64,000 nucleotides of DNA from the human T2T-CHM13v2.0 reference genome, Homo sapiens, in NCBI GenBank assembly GCA_009914755.4, contig CP068257.2:9184001-9248000 (forward strand), written 5' to 3'. This document shows positions 12,291-23,196 of the stretch, piece by piece. Every line of letters starts with the position of its first letter. The first letter of the stretch is position 1. A program made the position numbers and the translations under genes. Below the pieces are notes generated by a model that searched no databases, was not told the origin of the DNA, and was given only the letters and a program-made list of their open reading frames with translations.

Positions 12291-14830
12291 CGTTAACATT
12301 TGTTTTGATTGACAAATCATAACTGTATACATTTGTGGGATACAATGTGATATTTTGATAATTGTATACAAGATGAAATAATTAGATCAAGCTAACATAT
12401 TCATCGCCTTGCTTACCTGTTCTCTTTCATGGTGAGACAATTGAAATTTATGCTCTTAGTTATTCTGAAATATATGACACATCATTACTGACTACAGTAC
12501 CTTGCTATGCAATGGATCACCAACCCTCTGTCTATCTGAAACTTTGTTCTCTTTGATCATCAACTCCTCACTCCCTGTCTTCCCGCACCCCGCACCTGTC
12601 AGCCTCTGGTAACCATCATTCTACTTCCTGCTTCTATGAGTTCAACCTTATTAGATTTCACATGCCAGTGAGATCATGGGGTATTTGTCTTTCTGCGCCT
12701 ACCTTATTTCTCTCAGCATAAAGTCCTCCAGATTCATCCATGTTGTCACAAATGACAGGATTTCCTTCTTTTGAAAGGCTGAATAGTATGCCATTGTATA
12801 TATACCACATTTATCCATTCATCCACGGATGGACACTTAGGTTGATTCCACATCTTGGCTGTTATGAATAGGGCTGCAATAACTATGGATGTGCAGACGT
12901 CTCTTGGACCTACCTTCAGTTCCTTTGGATACACACCCAGAAGCGAGATTACTGCATCATTTACTGGTTCTATATTCAGTTTTTTGAGGAACCTCCATGT
13001 CATTTTCCACAATGGCTGTAGTAATTTACATTTCCACTACGCATAAGAGTTCCCTTTCCTCTGCATCCTCTTCAACATTTATTTTTCATGTTTTTGATGA
13101 TAGTCATTCCAACAGGGGTGAGGTGATAACTCATTGTGGTTTTTATTTGCATTTCTCTAATAATTAGAGATGCTGAGCATTTTTTCATGTACCAACTAGC
13201 TACTTGTAAATCTTCTTTTGAGGACTTTGGGTCCTTTGCCCATTTTAACATCATCTAATTATTTGTTTTCTTGCTATTGAGTTGAGTTTCTTTTATATTT
13301 TGGACATTAGCTGCTTATTTGATGTATGATTTGCAAATGTTTTACTCCATTTTGTGGGTTGTCTCTTCTCTCTGCTGATTGTTTCCATTGCTGTGCAGAA
13401 GCTTTTGAGTTTGAAGCCATTTTATTTGTGTGTTTTTGCTTTTATTGCCTGTGCTTTCAGGGTCTTATCCAAAAAAAATTATTGTCCACACCAACGTTAT
13501 AGAACTTTCCCTTATGTTTTCTTCTAGTCATTTTAGAATTTCAGTTTTTATATTTAAGTCTTTTATCCATTTTTAAAATTTTATTTATTTATTTAGAGAC
13601 AGGGTCTCACTCTGCCACCCAGGCTGGAGTGCAGTGGTGTGATCTCGGCTCACTGCAACCTCCGCCTCCTGGGTTCAAGTGATTCTCATGGCTCAGCCTC
13701 CTGAGTAGCTGGGATTACAAGCACCTGCCACCACGCCCGGATAAGTTTTCTATTTTTAGTAGAGATGGGGTTTCACCATGTTGCCCAGGCTGGTCTCAAA
13801 CTCCTGACCTCAGGTGATGTACCTGTTTCGGCCTTCCAAATTGCTGCTATTACAGGCATGAGCCACCACACCAGGCCAAATCTTTTATCCATTTTAAGTG
13901 GATTTTTGTGTATGTCATAAGATAAGGGTCTAATTTCATTATTTCACATGTGGATATGCAGTTTTTCCAACATCATTTGTTGGAGAGACTCTCCTTTCCC
14001 CATTGTGTGTTCTTGGCACCCTCATCAAAAATCAGTTGACCATAAATGTGGGGGATTATTTCTGGGTGTTCCATCCTGTTCCATTGATTGATTTGTCTGT
14101 TTTTTATGCCAGTTCTAGGGTGTACTAATTGCAACTGCTAAAAGAGTTTAAAATGAGGGAGTGTGATGCCTCCAGCTGTGTTCTTTTCCTTCATGATTGT
14201 TTTGGCTATTTAAGGTCTTTTGTAGTTCCATATGAATTTAAGGATTGTGTTTTCTATTTCTGTAAGAAATGACCTTGAATATTTGATAAGGGCTGGACTG
14301 AATCTATAGAACATATTGGGTAGTTTGTACATTTTCACAACATTATTTCTTCTACCCATAAACATGGAAAATATTTCTATTTATTTGTGTTTTCATCATT
14401 TTCTTTCATCAGCATTTTATAGTTTTCAGTATGCAGGTCTTTTACCTCCTGGGTTAAATTAATACCTAAGTATTTATTTATTTTGTTGCTATTGTAAATG
14501 GGATTTTTTTGAAATTTACTTTTTAAATATTTGTTATTAGTATATAGAACGCTACTGATTTTTGTACGTTGATTTTATATCCTGAAATCTTAATTTGTTT
14601 ATATGTCCTAACAGTTTTTTTGTGGAGCCTTTAGGGCGTTCTATATAAAAGATCAATTTGTCCGCAAATAGAGACATTTCACTTCTTCCCTCAATTAGAA
14701 TGCCTTTTGTTTCTTTCTCTTGCTAAGACTTCTAGTGCTATGTTGAGTAGGAGTGGTGAGAGTGGGCATCCTTCTCCCTGATCCTAGGAGAAACGCTTTC
14801 GACTTTCCACCATTGAGAATGACGTTAGCT
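12291..14830 (-). mobile_element. 5'-truncated LINE-1 (C-terminal half of ORF2 plus 3'UTR), antisense, interrupted by an Alu.
   Basis: 12300-12760 is the reverse complement of the L1 3'UTR (ttttgattgacaaatcataactgtatacatttgtgggatacaatgtgatattttgat). Minus-strand ORFs 12746-13012 and 13072-13254 translate to the L1 ORF2 C-terminus (WRFLKKLNIE...[41 protein letters not shown]). 14700-14830 encodes the RT-domain motif SPLLFNIVLEVLARAI in antisense. Confidence 0.9.
13583..13877 (-). mobile_element. Alu inserted in the L1 in antisense orientation, with a 15-bp target-site duplication, tcttttatccatttt.
   Basis: tttatttatttagagacagggtctcactctgccacccaggctggagtgcagtgg...caggcatgagccaccacaccaggcc. The sequence tcttttatccatttt is present immediately on both sides (13561-13575 and 13881-13895). 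Confidence 0.95.
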
Positions 14831-15084
14831 ATGGGTGTGGCATGGGCGTCTCTCCTGTGCTGAGGCAGCTCCCTCTATGCTGGATCTGCGAGGGTTTGCT
14901 ATTCTGAAGGGCGTTGAAGCACGCTGGGGGCTGAGCCTGGAGCACCTGTGGGGGTGCTTCCTGTGGCGTGGTGCCTCTGGCTAGTTTCTCTGATGTGCCA
15001 CCTCCATGGGCCAGGCCCGATCTGTGCCCTGTTTGCTGTGAGCCCCACCTGTTTTTGTTTCTGACTGGCCCTGTGGGCACTCCC

Positions 15085-15590
15085 AATGTTTCCCGTGGGA
15101 CAAGACAGGAGTGAGCTCCTGCAAAGGGGCCCAGAATGGCGGGGGAGCATTTTCCGTGGGACAAGACAGGAGTGAGCTCCTGCAAAGGGGCCCAGAATGG
15201 TGGGGAAGCATTTCCCGTGGGACAAGACAGGAGTGAGCTCCTGCAAAGGGGCCCAGAATGGTGGGGAAGCGTTTCCCGTGGGACAAGACAGGCGTGAGCT
15301 CCTGCAAAGGGGCCCAGAATGGTGGGGAAGCGTTTCCCGTGGGACAAGACAGGCGTGAGCTCCTGCAAAGGGGCCCAGAATGGTGGGGAAGCATTTCCCG
15401 TGGGACAAGACAGGCGTGAGCTCCGGCAAAGGGGCCCAGAATGGTGGGGAAGCGTTTCCCGTGGGACAAGACAGGCGTGAGCTCCTGCAAAGGGGCCCAG
15501 AATGGTGGGGAAGCATTTCCCGTGGGACAACACAAGTGTGAGCTCCTGCAAAGGGGCCCAGAATGGTGGGGAAGCAGAACTTCTGCCTCC
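15085..15590. repeat. Tandem repeat with a 61-bp unit, about 8 copies: cccgtgggacaagacaggagtgagctcctgcaaaggggcccagaatggtggggaagcatttc.
   Basis: caaagggg recurs at 15121, 15182, 15243 and so on. The unit has no stop codon in any minus-strand frame, which produces the three overlapping 200-240 aa minus-strand ORFs (14829-15597). These are artefacts. Confidence 0.9.
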
Positions 15591-18457
15591 AACTCACTTT
15601 CTCACTGTGCTACTGCGGATCCAGAGGAATCTCTGCATGTGAGGCTCTGCCAGGTTGGGGAGGAGTGTGCGCTCAACATCTCTCTCCACTTTTTACCATT
15701 GCAACAGCTTTTCTTAGCTCTGGGGTCCAGGAGTGTGTCTCAGCCTTAGTCCTGAGTTCTGGGACATGCACGATGGTATTCTTGCCTGTGGAGAGCTGCT
15801 AGTTGAATTTCTGTGGTGGTGAGTGATGTCAGTGAAGTCCCATTCTGGTTTCTCTCTGATGTCACACTGAGAGCAGTCTTGGTGAGAAGATTATCTTTGT
15901 GTAAAAGCAAAGAACAGAGGAGAGAACCTGCATTTCTCCTCTGCAGTATCCGCTGCGTTTTTCTGTAGAATTGGGTGTGCCATTTGCAAGAGCTGTGTGT
16001 GTGCAGCAGAGAAGGCAGCCAACCAATCCTTGCGGTTCAGCGTGAGTTGGGAGGGAGAAAGCGCAAACCACTAAGTGTAGACAACACGCAGGGAGTTCAG
16101 TTGGGAAGTTTAGCGAGTGGTGTCCAAAGCAGAGTTGCTCCCTCAGCACTATGGGCAGGTTGGGCCACACAATTCTTTGTTGTTGGAGAGGGAAGGCTGT
16201 CTTGTGCCTTGTAGGAGGTTTGGCAGCATCCCTGGCCTGGACACCCCATGACAGTGGCAACCCCTCCCCTAGCGGTGACAAACGTAAAGGTCTCCAGATG
16301 TTGCTAAATGTCCTCTGGTGGGGGTGGGAAGGGCATTGCCCTGTGTGAGGACCGCTGGTAGAGACTGATGCAGGGTTCAGAAAAGAGATTTTTCTTTTTC
16401 AGTTGGGACATACATGATCAGTCTTGGGGAAGGAAGCAGAAGCAATGGTGGAATAGGACAAAGATAAAGGAAAGAGGTGGAAAGTGATGCACAAAGACCG
16501 CCATGACCCGGTGTGGGGCGATATGAGTGAGGACAGCATCCAGTGAAGAGGTCCTGGCTCCTGACTGCGATTTGGTGGCTCTACTGTACCCTGTGCAAAG
16601 GGTATAAGTTGGTGCTTATTTTCTCTCCATGTGGTCAGAAGTCTCATCTTCAAAGTGCTTAAACTGTAGCCCTTGCCCTGTCACCTCTGGTTACTGCTGG
16701 GACCTGGGTCACACTCCTGGTTCATCTGCTGGCCCCAGGCCGGGTGAGGCTCCCACGTGCCTGCTGGCCTGAGAAAGGCTTACGTGAGTCACAGGGGCTA
16801 CTAGGGGCAGAGAGAAGGGAACAGGATGGAGAAATTAAGTGAGGAATAAGATTGTACAAAGCCAGGAAGAAGCCGAAAGGGGACTTGGCTCTGGCAGCAT
16901 TTTGTTTTGCGTGAGTCTGTGCTGGAATAAGCTGTCGAAAGGTTGTCTACCCATTGCCTTCTGGTACCTTGTGCTGTGCTCATTGTTGGCAAAACACTTG
17001 AATGATTGTGGCCTAAATGTGCAGTGATAAAATACAGAACATAGCTTTGTTATTTTTCCAACCAGACTAGGAGAGTGGCTTTTGGAATCAAGATTTAAAA
17101 TTCATGATTTGCTTGTGTTTTGGCTTGTATTTTGGCTTGTGCTTGAAATGACAAGAAAGATCAAGGGTTTAAATGTGATCTTGAGAAGACATAAGAGAGA
17201 GAATTGATATTTTCCTATCTAATATTTATATTACTTTCCTGTATAGAGTAGGCTAAGGATTTTATTTGGACGCTAATTATATGTAATTCCTATAGCAGTT
17301 ATTTTGATTAAGCCAACTAGATTTACCTCTAATTATTCATTTTAAGCCCTAGATTTAAAGATAACTTTTTATTCTCTGTAAACAACCTAAAAGTTGCCTT
17401 AGATTTATATTTCATAATATGTAAAAATGCTGAAAAAGGGCTTGTTTGGCTGGAGAGACATTTTAATTTTTTCCTTTAATTTTAAATGACAATATTGTGT
17501 GTATAGGAGCTGCGTTTCCTACCGAATATTCACCTGGTGTGGAGACTGAATAACATGCCACTCTAAGGGTTAATAAAAGCATTAAATAACTTGCATCTGG
17601 GAAACATCAATTGAACAGATAATTGCTTCTTTGTGTTTCTGCTTAGTAGTGGCTGGACATGTAAAGTTTCTATACCACAAAATGAAAACAGTTGAGCAAA
17701 CAAGAGGCCCGGGGTCACATAACCGATGCGTGCTCAAAGCTCAAAGCAGCGTCAATCAAACCTGGAGGGTACCATGTCAAGAGATGGTATCTTTTTATTA
17801 ATCAGGAATTGGTACCCGGACGATAGAGGGCCTCTGTAATGAAAACCTCAGTTAGCAAACAGCCAGAAGAGAGAGAAAATAATCCAACCAGCCAAATAAT
17901 CAAAGAACACATGAAGTGTCTGTAGGGAGATTTCCACAGTGGGAAACCCATAGAAAAAATTCTATCTCTCACTCTTGTTTTTGTTTTTTGGTTTTGGATA
18001 CAATTTCATTTAAGTAGAAAGATCATCCATGATTTTCCCAATCTTCCTTATGTCTTTTATGCACTATACTTGCCAAAGTAGCATAGACAGAAAAAAAGCA
18101 GGAATCCTATGGATTTCTACCCTTAGTCCTTCAACTAACTTTAAAATAACTTTTTATTTTTTTATTCAGGTCTACGTTCTAAGTCACACTCCCCTCCCAC
18201 ATGTCTTTGCCCGCTATTTTACTTCATTAATATTTACCAGCTTTTCTGAATTTAGGCACCAATTTTGTATTTTCATATATTTCTATGCATATCCTTCAGA
18301 TCCTTATTTTCCTCAATATTCATGTAAAATATATAAACTATAATTTCTGTGTTCTTTTAAGAGATAGCAGGTACCTAAACAAAGCGGTGTTCTCCCGTGA
18401 TTTTTTTAACTCAGCATTTTTTGCCAGAAATGGTCACTTGGGATTTATTCCTATGCC

Positions 18458-18690
18458 CTTGTGTTTTTCCCTCCCCCTCCCCTTTCCCTCCCTTCCCTCC
18501 CTTTATCTTTTTCTCTCTCCCTTCCTCCTGCCCACCCACCCTACATTTTTCCCTCCGTCCCTCCCTTCTTGCTCCCTCCCTCTCTTTCTTCCTTCCTCCC
18601 TCCCACCCTCCTTTCCTTCTTTTCCTCTCTTTCTTTGTCCTTTCTTCTCTTCCCTCCTCCTTTCCACCCTTTTCCTTTCACCAATATTTA
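18458..18690. repeat. Polypyrimidine (CT/CCCT-rich) tract of about 230 bp on the + strand, purine-rich on the - strand.
   Basis: ccctccctttccctcccttccctccctttatctttttctctctcccttcctcctgcccacccaccc...ccctcctttccaccc. It explains ORFs 18285-18873. Confidence 0.9.
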
Positions 18691-20059
18691 TTGAGTGCTT
18701 ATTGCATAAGAGACTTTGAGTGTCCAGTGCTGGCTTGTGGCAGGACAAGCTGCAGACAAAACCCCTCAGACACCAAGTTGTGGAAGGAAGGGCTTTATTC
18801 GGCTGGGAGCGTTGGCAAGACTCACGTCTCCAACAACCGACCTCCCCGAATGAGCAATTCCTGTCCCTTTTAAGGGCTCACAACTCTAAGGGGGTCCGCG
18901 TGAGAGGATCGTGATTGACTGAGCAAGCTGAGGGTTCATGACTGGGGGCTGCATGCACTGGTAGTTAGAACAGAGAAGAACAGGACAGGGATTTTCACAG
19001 TGCTGTTCCATACAATGTCTGTAATCTACAATTAACCTGACTGATTAGGTCAGGGGTCGATCTTTAACTACCAGGCCCAGTGTGTGGCACTGGGCTGTCT
19101 GCCTGTGGATTTCATTTCTGCCTTTTAGTTTTTACTTCTTATTTCTTTGGAGGCAGAAATTGCGCATAAGACAATATGAGGAGTGGTCTCCTCCCTTAGC
19201 TAAGGACTCTGACCCCTCCTTCTGTGGGACTCCATGTATTCTTTCTCATTGGGAACACTGGGAATAGCAGGACCCAGTTGAGTTTGGAGAGTGTCGCTTA
19301 GTGCTCTTTAGTTGCAACCATCTGAAAATAACATGAAAAGAAAGGGGAATTTCCTGAAAAATGTTGGTGGTAGCAATGAGAGCAAGGCTCAAAGAATAAA
19401 CTGGAAGCTGAGAAACTAGGCTTGGAAATAGAAATCAAAGGGACTGGGGAAGCAAGGACCCTGCATTCGTCTCTAGGCAGGAAGGGTTCACTCAGCGCAC
19501 TGGTGCTGTGATAAATATCACGTGCCTCTGCTGTTCTCTCATCACGGATCAAGAGTCCAAGCCTGGAGGGAGAGCGACTGAAAGCCATGGGCTGGTCACA
19601 GGCCTGCCTGAGAGCTGCACGGGAGCCGGCGAGGAAAAGCCCTTGCTGCTTCCAGTGTAAGGCAGGTGTCTGGATTTATCTTCAAGAGAGCCAACATGAT
19701 GAATGAAGGAACTTAAATCATGGCACGGTTAGAAAGAAAAGTAGCAAGACAGGAACTACTCCTTCTCTCCAAACAAAAAGAAAAACAAAATGAGATATTC
19801 ACTATAATTAATATGAATTTGCAAGGGAAATAACACAGTATATGATCTCAGTCTCAACTTATATCTTTATTTCAACTATATCTACTTCAGAAAGGATTTG
19901 AAGGGTTTCCAATAAAAGACAAATAAAATGTTATAAATAGTAGATAAATGAAGATCAAATATGACCCTGGTAGAGGTATGATAATTTTCTCTGTCTCGTT
20001 CAAGAGCTACACTGGCTGCACCTGATATAGTAGATGCTCAATAAGTATCATTACCTTCT

Positions 20060-20152
20060 GCCAGGTCCCTCCCAGGACACGTGGGGATTATGGGAACTAC
20101 AATTCAAGATGAGATTTGGTTAGGGACACAGCCAAACCATATCAGTATTACA
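20060..20152 (-). mobile_element. Short 5'-terminal fragment of a THE1/MST-type MaLR LTR, antisense.
   Basis: cacgtggggattatgggaactacaattcaagatgagatttggttagggacacagccaaaccatatca. Confidence 0.65.
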
Positions 20153-23100
20153 TTTTATTGCAACTATTGGCTCAATAGTTGCACTATGTATTTTTGTTTA
20201 AAGTTATTGCTCAAGCGTTTACCATATATATTGTTAACTTATCACAGTTTATTCTTAAGTACTATTATATCATCTCCCAAGTAATATAAAAATCTTACAG
20301 CAGTATATAAGCAGTCCTGGCTTTTCGTGGTTCTTATATGCAGGAATTTTTGTTACTGTGCTTTGATTAGATAACATGTATAATTCCTTCATGGACACAG
20401 TGCAAATTTCACTTTCCACAGTGTATTAACTACGTGTAATTTCATTCAGTAAAAATTTTGATGCTGGTTTTTAGTACAAAAATTAGTAAGTATTTAATGG
20501 ACAAGCATGATGATCAGTGAGCAATCATGCTCTCTCTGTGAAAGTGTGCTGGTTATTTGTCGCTGTGTACCTGTGCATCTGTATGAATTTAGTTTAGACA
20601 GATATCAAGGTGTGTAGTTGTGTAAACTACTTGTCCTCCAGTCATAAACTCACATAATTTAACTTCTAAAGCACCATCACTGTTGGATAAGTGTCCAAGT
20701 CACCTTTATTCATTTGGATACCTCCATGAAAATGTTAAAAAGCTGCTTTTTACTAACAAATACAACTTTAATCATCCAGCTAGTGGACCAAGGAGTTATT
20801 TCAATGTTTAAAGCCTACTGTCTTAGACAAACTTTTCAACAGACTTCTGAAGCTACAACTGGAGATCATGCAATTTTTAGGCTAAGTTTTGAAAGATATA
20901 TTACTTAAAAATGCAGTTGAAATACTTAAGCATCATGGCAGCAAAGAAAGTGAGTAATATGTGCGTGCAGTACAGCAGAAACTTGTATTGCTCTGTGAAA
21001 ATAACATGCAGGATACCAACAGAATGCAAGTGGAGCTATTGGCTCATTTTGCTCCTGCTTGTGCAGAACTTTTCATGTCAGGCCATCTCCTGGGCTACTG
21101 GTGAGTTTATGGATCAGCCCAGCTGTAGTCTATCCTGTTGTTCCTGAAGTGGGGTGGAGGTCAGCCAGCAGCCTGCAAAAATGTTAGAAAATAAGAGTCA
21201 AGCAGGACTTCTGATGCCCCCAGATCATGTTATTGTTATGATCAGCCATCCACAGCAAGTGTCTTATTTGAATTATATCCGATGATAGCGATGGATCTAC
21301 GTTGCTGTTTGCCTCTTGTAACCCACAGAGTGAGAATGCAAAATCCAGGGTTAGGAGTGCAGTCAGTGGCAGTGTGACTAGGTGTTTCTCTGTAGGATAC
21401 TAAGAAAAATACAGCCCAGGAAACTGTTAGTGCTTTCATTTTGTTTCACTATAGGTCTGCCTGGATGATCAAAACAGATGGGAAGGAGCCATGGTGGGGC
21501 AATGATCCTGTTCTGTTGCCTCCTGGAGATTCAAGCATTATATATGGAGAGCTATCATCTCTACCCCTCCTCCCGGTTTACTCTCATGGTGAGGTCAGGT
21601 AGAGTTTAGCAGGGATGTTCATGTGAATATTGTCTGTGTTTGTGAATAGGCTCGTATTTCAGTTGCAAGCAACATGATAACTTTAAAGTTCAGTTGCTGG
21701 TTAATAACTGTCTTTTTTATTAAGTTGATACTGAACTTGATGTCTTTTTGCAGCACTAACAGAGATTACTGGTGCTACCTTTTAGCTTTTGATCATTTAT
21801 GCAAGCCTAGATCTTTAGCTTTACGTTGCAAAAGGGGTATTTTTTTCAACATTTTTTTGGTGAGAGTATTAAAGTTGGCATTATTATGATCACAAGTGTA
21901 AACAGGTATATAAGGAAGTGGCGATACATTGTTAAGACTGCTGTTATTCATGATGCTTAGCCAAATGAAGGTGCAATTAATACTGCCATGTAGACCTGGA
22001 ATAACGTCAGCTCAGGAACAGCAAGTTTAGATAGTTTGACTGTAGTGAATTTTCATGAATGGAATAGTTAATCATTTTAGTGGATCTTGGGGGTCAATTC
22101 AGGCTGTTTTACTTGATCCACTTCTTATCATTATCCTTACAAAGTCTTCTGAGATAACACAGCACTGATAGTTGCTAACAGACTTTATATCTACCGCGTT
22201 ATTAGCATTTTATCTTGATACACTGATAAAATAAGCTTCAGGAATAATTAAAAGATTGCAATGGCTTCCAGCTGCCAAATGCTAGATTTAATTATTTTTA
22301 GGACCAACATGAGGGTTTAGACACACCACTTGTGGTGCAGCACACATGTATTATCCAAACTGAAATTAGCAATTCAACTGAAGTCCATGTAGAGTCGAAA
22401 AATGTGAATATTTGGAGATGATTTGGCTCACTTTATTTTGTAGAAAAGAAAACAGATTCAGGGAAAGGGCATGCATTGCCTAAGGTGATTCAGCAGGTTT
22501 GGAGCAGAAACGCAATACAATCTCTGTTCTTTTGCTGCTCAGATCCAGAATTTTTTCACAATACTGAACTACTTATGTTTCTGATTCCTTATTTTTTCTG
22601 TTTTATATTTTGCCAATATTGTCTTACCAAGATCCTATTCTTTACCCCAAATATTTAAATTCATTACCACTATTGTCTCTTTATAAGTAAAAGTACTAGT
22701 TGTTATTATAAATGATTATTCGATCACTTTTCATTTTTTGGGGGGTCCAGTACAAAGTTAGTAACAAATAAACATTATAGGCCTTGGCAATCCAAGGGGA
22801 GCTCAAGTCCTCCAGGGCACGTCAGGAAAAGCCTAAATGACAGCTGAGCTTCGAGTGGACAGAATACAGCTCTCATACGGACTGTTGAGTATTTGATATT
22901 CTTCAACAGTTTCATTCATCTTCAGTTTTTTCATCTTTGAAGTGATGGATTTAGTCCTTGCTATACTCGACTTTCAAGTTTCTTTTGAAATAATTATAGA
23001 TTCACAGGAAGTTGCAAAAGGTGCAGGGATGTCTTAGGTACTCTTCACTAATTCTCCCAGCGGTGACATCTCGCATAGCCATAGAGCATATCAAAACCTG

Positions 23101-23175
23101 GAAACTGACATAGGTGCAATTCAGAAAGCTTGCTCAGATCACAACCATTTTGTACACATTTGTTTTTGTATGTAT

Positions 23176-23196
23176 TTGTGTGTGTGTGTGTGTGCA
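23176..23196. repeat. (GT)n microsatellite, about 9 units.
   Basis: tttgtgtgtgtgtgtgtgtgtgcatgtg. Confidence 0.9.

Noticed and set aside
12746-13254. Minus-strand ORFs with clear reverse-transcriptase/ORF2-like translations, possibly a functional gene.
   Set aside because: They are part of a 5'-truncated L1 with frame disruptions and an Alu insertion. It is a dead retrotransposon copy, not a cellular gene.
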